Shown: piece after piece, positions 43,734 through 56,260 of the stretch
How the letters are laid out: each line of letters opens with the position of its first letter
Position numbering within the stretch: the stretch's first letter is position 1
Assembly: GCF_009914755.1 (NCBI RefSeq)
Contig: NC_060933.1
Length of the DNA stretch: 64,000 nt
Source: the human T2T-CHM13v2.0 reference genome, Homo sapiens
Reading direction: 5' to 3' (one strand)
Made by a program: the position numbers and the translations under genes
The notes under the pieces: model-generated
Seen by the model: only the letters and a program-made list of their open reading frames with translations
Database searches by the model: none
Told to the model about the DNA's origin: nothing

Positions 43734-46700
43734 CGTTCCGAGTGGAATAGGAGGGAATGTATTCGAGTGGAATGGAAAGGAATGGAATCAACCAGAGTGG
43801 AATGGAAGGGAATGGAATGGAATGGAAACTAATAGAATGGAATCAACCCGAGTGGAATGGAATGGAAATTAATGGAATGGAATGGAATGGAATCAACTCG
43901 ATTGGAATGGAATGGAATGGAATGGAATGGAATGGAATGGAATGGATTGGAATCAAATTAACCCGAATACGATGGAATGGAGTGGAATGGAACGGAATGG
44001 AGAGGAATGGAATGGAATCAAACAGAGTGCAGGGGAATGGAATTGAATGGAATGCAATGGAATGGAATCATCCGGAATGGAATGGAATGGAATGGAATGC
44101 AAAGCAATGGAATCAAATCGATTGCAATGGAATGGAATGGAATGGAAAGGAATAGAATGGAATCAACCCGAGTGGAATGGAATGGAAAGGACTGGAATGG
44201 AGTGGAATGGAATGGACTGGACTGGAATGGAATGGAATGGAATCAACTCGATTGGAATGGAATGGAATGGAACGGAATGGAATGGTATGGAATAGAATGG
44301 AATTAACCCGAATAGAATGGAATGGAATGGAATGGAATGCAATGGAATGGAAACAACCCGACTGCAATCGAATGGAATCGAATGGAATGGAATGCAATGG
44401 AATGGATTCAACTTGAATGGAATGGAAAGAATGGAATCAACACGAGTGGAATGGCATGGATTGGAATGGAATGGAATGGAATCAACCCGAGTACAGGGGA
44501 ATGGAATGGAATGGAATACAATGGAATGGAATCATCTGTAATGGAATGGAAAGTAATGGAATGGAATGGAATGGAATGGAATGGAATTAACTCGATTGCA
44601 ATCGAAAGGAATGGAATGGAATTAACCCGAATAGAATGGAACGGAATGGAATGGAACGGAACGGAACGGAATGGAATGGAATGGAATGGAATGGAATGGA
44701 ACGGAACGGAACGGAACGGAACGGAATGGAATGGAATGGAATGGAATGGAATGGAATCAACGCGAGTGCAGGGGAATGGATTGGAATGGAATACAATGGA
44801 ATGGAATCTTCCGGAATGGAATGGAATGGAATGGAAAGGAATGGAATGCAATGCAATGGATTCAACTCGATTGCAATGGAATGGAATAGAATGGAATGGA
44901 ATGGAATGGAATGGAATTAACCCGAATAGAATGGAATGGAATGGAATGGAAAGGAATGGAAGGGAATGGAATGGAATGGAATGGAATGGAATGGTATGGA
45001 ATGGAATGGAATCGAATAGTACGGAATAGAATGGAATGGAACGAATTGGAAAGGAATGGAATGGGATGGAATCAACCCGAGTGCAATGGAATGGAGTGGA
45101 GAGTAAGGGAGTTGAATAGAATCAATCCGAATGTAATGGAATGTAATGGAACGGAATGGAATGGAATGCAATGGAATGGAATCAACCCGAGTACAATGGA
45201 ATGGAATGGAATGGAATGGAATGGTATGGAATGGAATGGAATTGAATGGAATGGAATGACTTCAAACCGAATGGAATGGAAAGGAATGGAATCAACACGA
45301 GTGGAATGGAATGGAATGGAATGGAATGGAGTGTAAGGGAATTGAATAGAATCAATCCGAATGTAATGGAATGGAATGGAATGAAATGGAATGGAATGGA
45401 ATGGAATGGAATCAACCCGAGTGCAATGGAATGGATTCGAATGGAATGGAATGGAATGGATTCAAGAAGAATGGAATGGAAAGGAATGGAATCAACCCGA
45501 GTGTAATGGCATGGAATGGAATGGAATGGAATGGGATGGAATGGAATGTTACGGAATAGAATGGAATGGAATGAAATGGAATTGAATGGAATGGAATGAA
45601 ATGGAATGGAATGGAATGGAATGAACCCGTGTGCAATGGAATGGAATGGAATGGAATGGATTCAGCTCGAATGGAATCAACTCGATTGCAATGGAATGTA
45701 ATGGAATGGAAAGGAATAGAATGGAATCAACCCGAGTGGAATGGAATGGAAAGGACTGGAATGGAGTGGAATGGAATGGAATGGAATTAACCCGAATAGA
45801 ATGGAATGGAATGGAATGGAACGGAATGTAATGGAATGGAATGGAATGGAATCAACCCGAGTGCAGGGGATTGGAATGGAATGGAATGCAATGGAATGGA
45901 ATCATCCGAAATGGAATGGAAAGGAATGGAATGGAATGGAATGGAATGGAATGGAATGGAATCAACTCGATTGCAATCGAATGGAATGGAATGGAATTAA
46001 CCCAAATAGAATGGAATGGAACGGAATGGAACGGAACGGAATGGAATGTAATGGAATGGAATGGAACGGAAAGGAATGGAATGGAATGGAATGGAATGGA
46101 ATGGAATGGAATCAACGCGAGTGCAGGGGAATGGAATGGATTCAAATGGAATGGAATGGAATGGAATGCAATCAACCCAAGTGCAGGGGAATGTAATGGA
46201 ACGGAATGCAATGGAATGGAATCATCCGGAATGGAATGGAATGGAATGGAATGGAATGGAATGGAATGCAATGGAATGGAATGGAGTGGAATGGAATGGA
46301 ATGGAATGGAATGTAGTGGAATGGAATGGAATGGAATGGAACAACCCGAATTGAATGGAATGTAATGGAGAGTAAGGGAGTTGAATAGAATCAATCCGAA
46401 TATAACGGCATGGAATGGAACGGAATGGAATGGAATGGAATGGAATGGAATGGAATGCAATGGAATGGAATCAACCCGAGTAGAATGGAATGGAAAGGAA
46501 TGGAATGGAATGGAAATGAATGGAATGGAATCAACCCGAGTGCAATGGAATGGAGAGGAATGGAATGGAATGGAATGGAAAGTACCCGAATGGAATGGAA
46601 TGTAATGGAGTGTAAGGGAATTGAATAGAATCAATCCGAATGTAATGGAATGGAATGGAACGGAATGGAATGGAATGGAATGGAATGGAATGGAATGCAA

Positions 46701-48010
46701 TGGAATGGAATCAACCTGACTGCAATCGAATGGAATCGAATGGAATGGAATGCAATGGAATGGATTCAACTTGAATGGAATGGAAAGAATGGAATCAACA
46801 CGAGTGGAATGGCATGGATTGGAATGGAATGGAATGGAATCAACACGAGTACAGGGGAATGGAATGGAATGGCATGCAATGGAATGGAATCATCTGTAAT
46901 GGAATGGAAAGGAATGGAATGGAATGGAATGGAACGGAAATCCATGGAATGGAATCAACTCGATTGCAATCGAATGGAATGGAATGGAATTAAACCGAAT
47001 AGAACGGAATGGAATGGAATGGAACGGAACGGAATGGAATGGAATGGAATGGAAAGGAATGGAATGGAATGGAACGGAACGGGACGGAATGGAATGGAAT
47101 GGAATGGAATGGAATGGAATGGAATGGAATGGAATCAACGCGAGTGCAGGGGAATGGAATGGAATGGAATGCAATGGAATGGAATCTTCCGGAATGGAAT
47201 GGAATGGAATGGAATGGAATCAACTCGATTTCAATGGAATGGAATGGAATGGAATGGAATCAACTCGATTGCAATCGAATGGAATGGAATGTAATTAACC
47301 CGAATAGAATGGAATGGAATGGAATGGAACGGAACGGAATGGAATGGAATGGAATGGAATGGAATGGAACGCAACGGAATGGAATGGAATGGAATGGAAT
47401 GGAATGGAATGAAATGGAATGGAATTAACCCGAATACAATGGAATGGAATGGAATGGAACGGAATGGAGTGGAATGGAATGGAATCAACCCGAGTTCAGG
47501 GGAATGGAATGGAATGGAATGCAGTGGAATGGAATCTTCCGGAATGGAATGGAATGGAGTGAAATGCAATGGATTCAACTCGATTGCAATGGAATGGAAT
47601 AGAATGGAATGGAATGGAATGGAATGGAATGGAATGGAATGGAATTAACCCGAATAGAATGGAATGGAACGGAATGGAACGGAATGGAATGGAATGGTAT
47701 GGAATGGAATGGAATGGTACGGAATAGAATGGAATGGAACGAATTGTAATGGAATGGAATGGAATGGAATGGAATGGAATGGAATGGAATGGAATGGAAT
47801 GGAATGCAATGCAATGGAATGGAATCAAACCGAATACAATGGAATGGAATGGAATGGAATGGAATGGAATGGCTTCAAACCGAATGGAATGGAAAGGAAT
47901 GGAATCAACACGAGTGGAATGGAATGGAATGGAATGGTACGGAATAGAATGGAATGGAACGAAATGGAATGGAATGGAATGGAATGGAATGGAATGGAAT
48001 GGAAAGGAAT
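43734..48010 (+). repeat. Higher-order unit A2 (4277 bp)
   Basis: Markers at 43734 and 48011. Near-identical to A1: the 305-aa reverse ORF at 36418 recurs at 45852 (+9434). Confidence 0.9.
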
Positions 48011-51000
48011 CGTTCCGAGTGGAATAGGAGGGAATGTATTCGAGTGGAATGGAAAGGAATGGAATCAACCAGAGTGGAATGGAAGGGAATGGAATGGAAT
48101 GGAAACTAATAGAATGGAATCAACCCGAGTGGAATGGAATGGAAATTAATGGAATGGAATGGAATGGAATCAACTCGATTGGAATGGAATGGAATGGAAT
48201 GGAATGGAATGGAATGGAATGGAATGGAATCAAATTAACCCGAATACGATGGAATGGAGTGGAATGGAACGGAATGGAGTGGAATGGAATGGAATCAAAC
48301 AGAGTGCAGGGGAATGGAATTGAATGGAATGCAATGGAATGGAATCATCCGGAATGGAATGGAATGGAATGGAATGCAAAGCAATGGAATCAAATCGATT
48401 GCAATGGAATGGAATGGAATGGAAAGGAATAGAATGGAATCAACCCGAGTGGAATGGAATGGAGAGGACTGGAATGGAGTGGAATGGAATGGACTGGACT
48501 GGAATGGAATGGAATGGAATCAACTCGATTGGAATGGAATGGAATGGAACGGAATGGAATGGAATGGAATAGAATGGAATTAACCCGAATAGAAAGGAAT
48601 GGAATGGAATGGAATGCAATGGAATGGAAACAACCCGACTGCAATCGAATGGAATCGAATGGAATGGAATGCAATGGAATGGATTCAACTTGAATGGAAT
48701 GGAAAGAATGGAATCAACACGAGTGGAATGGCATGGATTAGAATGGAATGGAATGGAATCAACCCGAGTACAGGGGAATGGAATTGAATGGAATACAATG
48801 GAATGGAATCATCTGTAATGGAATGGAAAGTAATGGAATGGAATGGAATGGAATGGAATGGAATGGAATGGAATTAACTCGATTGCAATCGAAAGGAATG
48901 GAATGGAATTAACCCGAATAGAATGGAACAGAATGGAATGGAACGGAACGGAACGGAATGGAATGGAATGGAATGGAACGGAACGGAACGGAACGGAACG
49001 GAATGGAATGGAATGGAATGGAATGGAATGGAATCAACGCGAGTGCAGGGGAATGGATTGGAATGGAATACAATGGAATGGAATCTTCCGGAATGGAATG
49101 GAATGGAATGGAAAGGAATGGAATGCAAGGCAATGGATTCAACTCGATTGCAATGGAATGGAATAGAATGGAATGGAATGGAATGGAATGGAATTAACCC
49201 GAATAGAATGGAATGGAATGGAATGGAAAGGAATGGAAGGGAATGGAATGGAATGGAATGGAATGGAATGGTATGGAATGGAATGGAATCGAATAGTACG
49301 GAATAGAATGGAATGGAACGAATTGGAAAGGAATGGAATGGGATGGAATCAACCCGAGTGCAATGGAATGGAGTGGAGAGTAAGGGAGTTGAATAGAATC
49401 AATCCGAATGTAATGGAATGTAATGGAACGGAATGGAATGGAATGCAATGGAATGGAATCAACCCGAGTACAATGGAATGGAATGGAATGGAATGGAATG
49501 GTATGGAATGGAATGGAATTGAATGGAATGGAATGACTTCAAACCGAATGGAATGGAAAGGAATGGAATCAACACGAGTGGAATGGAATGGAATGGAATG
49601 GAATGGAGTGTAAGGGAATTGAATAGAATCAATCCGAATGTAATGGAATGGAATGGAATGAAATGGAATGGAATGGAATGGAATGGAATCAACCCGAGTG
49701 CAATGGAATGGATTCGAATGGAATGGAATGGAATGGATTCAAGAAGAATGGAATGGAAAGGAATGGAATCAACCCGAGTGTAATGGCATGGAATGGAATG
49801 GAATGGAACGGGATGGAATGGAATGTTACGGAATAGAATGGAATGGAATGAAATGGAATGGAATGGAATGGAATGAAATGGAATGGAATGGAATGGAATG
49901 AACCCGTGTGCAATGGAATGGAATGGAATGGAATGGATTCAGCTCGAATGGAATCAACTCGATTGCAATGGAATGGAATGGAATGGAAAGGAATAGAATG
50001 GAATCAACCCGAGTGGAATGGAATGGAAAGGACTGGAATGGAGTGGAATGGAATGGAATGGAATTAACCCGAATAGAATGGAATGGAATGGAATGGAACG
50101 GAATGTAATGGAATGGAATGGAATGGAATCAACCCGAGTGCAGGGGATTGGAATGGAATGGAATGCAATGGAATGGAATCATCCGAAATGGAATGGAAAG
50201 GAATGGAATGGAATGGAATGGAATGGAATGGAATGGAATGGAATGGAATCAACTCGACTGCAATCGAATGGAATGGAATGGAATTAACCCAAATAGAATG
50301 GAATGGAACGGAATGGAACGGAACGGAATGGAATGGAATGGAATGGAATGGAACGGAAAGGAATGGAATGGAATGGAATGGAATGGAATGGAATGGAATC
50401 AACGCGAGTGCAGGGGAACGGAATGGATTCAAATGGAATGGAATGGAATGGAATGCAATCAACCCAAGTGCAGGGGAATGTAATGGAACGGAATGCAATG
50501 GAATGGAATCATCCGGAATGGAATGGAATGGAATGGAATGGAATGGAATGCAATGGAATGGAATGGAGTGGAATGGAATGGAATGGAATGGAATGTAGTG
50601 GAATGGAATGGAATGGAATGGAACAACCCGAATTGAATGGAATGTAATGGAGAGTAAGGGAGTTGAATAGAATCAATCCGAATATAATGGCATGGAATGG
50701 AACGGAATGGAATGGAATGGAATGGAATGGAATGGAATGCAATGGAATGGAATCAACCCGAGTAGAATGGAATGGAAAGGAATGGAATGGAATGGAAATG
50801 AATGGAATGGAATCAACCCGAGTGCAATGGAATGGAGAGGAATGGAATGGAATGGAATGGAAAGTACCCGAATGGAATGGAATGTAATGGAGTGTAAGGG
50901 AATTGAATAGAATCAATCCGAATGTAATGGAATGGAATGGAACGGAATGGAATGGAATGGAATGGAATGGAATGGAATGCAATGGAATGGAATCAACCTG

Positions 51001-53107
51001 ACTGCAATCGAATGGAATCGAATGGAATGGAATGCAATGGAATGGATTCAACTTGAATGGAATGGAAAGAATGGAATCAACACGAGTGGAATGGCATGGA
51101 TTGGAATGGAATGGAATGGAATCAACACGAGTACAGGGGAATGGAATGGAATGGCATGCAATGGAATGGAATCATCTGTAATGGAATGGAAAGGAATGGA
51201 ATGGAATGGAATGGAACGGAAATCCATGGAATGGAATCAACTCGATTGCAATCGAATGGAATGGAATGGAATTAAACCGAATAGAACGGAATGGAATGGA
51301 ATGGAACGGAACGGAATGGAATGGAATGGAATGGAAAGGAATGGAATGGAATGGAACGGAACGGGACGGAATGGAATGGAATGGAATGGAATGGAATGGA
51401 ATGGAATGGAATCAACGCGAGTGCAGGGGAATGGAATGGAATGGAATGCAATGGAATGGAATCTTCCGGAATGGAATGGAATGGAATGGAATGGAATCAA
51501 CTCGATTTCAATGGAATGGAATGGAATGGAATGGAATCAACTCGATTGCAATCGAATGGAATGGAATGTAATTAACCCGAATAGAATGGAATGGAATGGA
51601 ATGGAACGGAACGGAACGGAATGGAATGGAATGGAATGGAATGGAATGGAAAGGAACGCAACGGAATGGAATGGAATGGAATGGAACGCAACGGAATGGA
51701 ATGGAATGGAATGGAATGGAATGGAATGAAATGGAATGGAATTAACCCGAATACAATGGAATGGAATGGAATGGAACGGAATGGAGTGGAATGGAATGGA
51801 ATCAACCCGAGTTCAGGGGAATGGAATGGAATGGAATGCAGTGGAATGGAATCTTCCGGAATGGAATGGAATGGAGTGAAATGCAATGGATTCAACTCGA
51901 TTGCAATGGAATGGAATAGAATGGAATGGAATGGAATGGAATGGAATGGAATGGAATTAACCCGAATAGAATGGAATGGAACGGAATGGAACGGAATGGA
52001 ATGGAATGGTATGGAATGGAATGGAATGGTACGGAATAGAATGGAATGGAACGAATTGTAATGGAATGGAATGGAATGGAATGGAATGGAATGCAATGCA
52101 ATGGAATGGAATCAAACCGAGTACAATGGAATGGAATGGAATGGAATGGAATGGAATGGCTTCAAACCGAATGGAATGGAAAGGAATGGAATCAACACGA
52201 GTGGAATGGAATGGAGTGGAATGGAATGGAATGGAATGGAGTGGAATCAACGCGAGTGCAGGGGAATGGAATGGATTGGAATGCAATGGAATGGAATCTT
52301 CCGGAATGGAATGGAATGGAATGGAATGGAATGGAATGGAATGGAATCAACTCGATTTCAATGGAATGGAATGGAATGGAATGGAATCAACTCGATTGCA
52401 ATCGAATGGAATGGAATGTAATTAACCCGAATAGAATGGAATGGAATGGAATGGAACGGAACGGAATGGAATGGAATGGAATGGAATGGAATGGAATGGA
52501 ACGCAACGGAATGGAATGGAATGGAATGGAATGGAATGGAATGGAATGGAATGAAATGGAATGGAATTAACCCGAATACAATGGAATGGAATGGAATGGA
52601 ACGGAATGGAGTGGAATGGAATGGAATCAACCCGAGTTCAGGGGAATGGAATGGAATGGAATGCAGTGGAATGGAATCTTCCGGAATGGAATGGAATGGA
52701 ATGGAATGCAATGGATTCAACTCGATTGCAATGGAATGGAATAGAATGGAATGGAATGGAATGGAATGGAATGGAATGGAATTAACCCGAATAGAATGGA
52801 ATGGAACGGAATGGAACGGAATGGAATGGAATGGTATGGAATGCAATGGAATGGTACGGAATAGAATGGAATGGAACGAATTGTAATGGAATGGAATGGA
52901 ATGGAATGGAATGGAATGGAATGGAATGGAATGCAATGCAATGGAATGGAATCAAACCGAGTACAATGGAATGGAATGGAATGGAATGGAATGGAATGGA
53001 ATGGAATGGAATGGCTTCAAACCGAATGGAATGGAAAGGAATGGAATCAACACGAGTGGAATGGAATGGAATGGAATGGAATGGAATGGAATGGAATGGA
53101 AAGGAAT
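48011..53107 (+). repeat. Higher-order unit B2 (5097 bp)
   Basis: Markers at 48011 and 53108. Carries the same B-specific variants (~48735, ~49125, ~49805) and the same internal duplication as B1. Confidence 0.9.
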
Positions 53108-53649
53108 CGTTCCGAGTGGAATAGGAGGGAATGTATTCGAGTGGAATGGAAAGGAATGGAATCAACCAGAGTGGAATGGAAGGGAATGGAATGGAATGGA
53201 AACTAATAGAATGGAATCAACCCGAGTGGAATGGAATGGAAATTAATGGAATGGAATGGAATGGAATCAACTCGATTGGAATGGAATGGAATGGAATGGA
53301 ATGGAATGGAATGGAATGGAATCAAATTAACCCGAATACGATGGAATGGAGTGGAATGGAACGGAATGGAGTGGAATGGAATGGAATCAAACAGAGTGCA
53401 GGGGAATGGAATTGAATGGAATGCAATGGAATGGAATCATCCGGAATGGAATGGAATGGAATGGAATGCAAAGCAATGGAATCAAATCGATTGCAATGGA
53501 ATGGAATGGAATGGAAAGGAATAGAATGGAATCAACCCGAGTGGAATGGAATGGAAAGGACTGGAATGGAGTGGAATGGAATGGACTGGACTGGAATGGA
53601 ATGGAATGGAATCAACTCGATTGGAATGGAATGGAATGGAATGGAATGG

Positions 53650-56260
53650 AATGGAATGGAATTAAACCGAATAGAATGGAATGGAATGGAATGGAATGGA
53701 ATGGAACGGAATGGAGTCGAATGGAATGGAATCAACCCGAGTTCAGGGGAATGGAATGGAATGGAATGCAATGGAATGGAATCATCCGGAATGGAATGGA
53801 ATGGAATGGAATGCAAAGCAATGGAATCAACTCGATTGCAATGGAATGGAATGGAATGGAAAGGAATAGAATGGAATCAACCCGAGTGGAATGGAAAGGA
53901 AAGGACTGGAATGGAGTGGAATGAAATGGAATGGAATGGAATGGAATCAACTCGATTGGAATGGAATGGAATGGAATGGAATGGAATGGAATGGAATTAA
54001 ACCGAATAGAATGGAATGGAATGGAATGGAACTTAATGGAATGGAATGGAATGGAATGGAATGGAATGGAATGGAATGGAATGGAATCCACCCGACTGCA
54101 GCGGAATGGAATGGAATGGAATGCAATGGAATGGAATCATCCGGAACGGAATGGAATGGAATGGAATGGAATCAACTCGATTGCAATGGAATGGAATGGA
54201 ATGGAATGGAATGGAATTAACCCGAATAGAATGGAATGGAATGGAATGGAAAGGAATGGAAGGGAAGGGAATGGAATGTAATCAACCCGAGTGCAGGGGA
54301 ATGGAATGGAATGGAATGCAATGGAATGGAATCATCCGGAATGGAATGGAATGGAATGGAATGCAATCAACCCGATGCAATGGAATGGAGTGGAATGGAA
54401 TGGAATGGAATGGAAACATCCCGAATGGAATGGAATGTAACGGAGTGTAAGGGAATTGAATAGAATCAATCCGAATGTAATGGAAAGGAATGGAATGAAA
54501 TGGAATGGAATGGAATGGAATGGAATCAACCCGAGTGCAATGGAATGGATTCGAATGGAATGGAATGGAATGGAATGGATTCAAGAAGAATGGAATAGAA
54601 AGGAATGGAATCAACCCGAGTGTAACGGCATGGAATGGAATGGAATGGAATGGGACGGAATGGAATGGTACGTAATAGAATGGAATGGAATGAAATGGAA
54701 TGGAATGGAATGGAATGAAATGGAGTGGAATTGAATGGAATGAACCCGTGTGCAATGGAATGGAATGGAATGGAATGGAATGGAATGGAATGGATTCAAC
54801 TCGAATGGAATCAACTCGATTGCAATGGAATGGAATGGAATGGAAAGGAATAGAATGGAATCAACCCGAGTGGAATGAAATGGAAAGGACTGGAATGGAG
54901 TGGAATGGAATGGAATGGAATTAACCCGAATAGAATGCAATGGAAAGGAATGGAACGGAATGTAATGGAATGGAATGGAATGGAATCAACCCGAGTGCAG
55001 GGGAATGGAATGGAATGGAATTCAATGGAATGGAATGGAAAGGAATCAACTCGATTTCAATGTAATGGAATGGAATAGAATGGAATGGAATTAACACGAA
55101 TAGAAAGGAATGGAATGGAATGGAATGGAACAGAAAGGAATGGAATGGAATGGAATGGAATCAACCCAAGTGCAGGGGAATGGAATGGAATGGAATTCAG
55201 TGGAATAGAATCATCCGGAATGGAATGGAATGGAATGGAATGGAATGGAATAGAATGGAATGGAATGGAATCAACCCGAGTGCAATGGAATGGAGAGGAA
55301 TGGAATGGAATAGAATGGAAACTACCCGAATGGAATGGAATGTAATGGAGTGTAAGGGAATTGAATAGAATCAATCCGAATGAAATGGAATGGAACGGAA
55401 TGAAATGGACTGGAATGGAATGGAATGGAATCAATCCGAATGTAATGGAATGGAATGGAATGAAATGGAATGGAATGGAATGGAATCAACCCGAGTGCAA
55501 TGGAATGGAGTGAAATGGAATGGAATGGAATGGAAACAACCAGAATGGATTGGAATATAATGGAGTGTAAGGGAATTGAATAGAATCAATCTGAATGTAA
55601 TGAAATGGAATGGAACGGAATGGAATGGAATGGAATGCAATGGAATGGAATCAACCCGAGTGCTATCGAATGGAATCGAATGGAATGGAATGCAATGGAA
55701 TGGATTCAACTTGAATGGAATGGAAAGAATGGAATCAACAGGAGTGGAATGGCATGGATTGGAATGGAATGGAATGGAATCAACCCGGGAACAGGGGAAT
55801 GGAATGGAATGGAATGCAATGGAATGGAATCATCCGTAATGGAATGGAAAGGAATGGAATGGAATGGAATGGAATGGAATGGAATAGAATGGAATCAACT
55901 CGATTGCAATCGAATGGAATGGAATGGAGTTAACCCGAATAGAATGAAATGGAAAGGAATGGAACGGAACGGAATTGAATGGAATGGAATGGAATGGAAT
56001 GGAATGGAATGGAACAGAACGGAATGGAATGGAATGGAATGGAATGGAATGGAATGGAATGGAATTAACGCGAGTGCAGGGGAATGGAAAGGAATGGAAT
56101 GCAATGGAATGGAATCTTCCGGAATGGAATGGAATGGAATGGAGTTGAATGGAATGGAATGGAATCAACCCGAGTACAGGGGAATGGAATGGAATGTAAT
56201 GCAATGGAATGGAATCATCCGTAATGGAATGGAAAGGAATGGAATGCAATGGAATGGAAT
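53650..56260 (+). repeat. Spacer block X, copy 2
   Basis: Same diagnostic variants as copy 1 at 26870-29620, at an offset of ~26,650. Confidence 0.85.
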
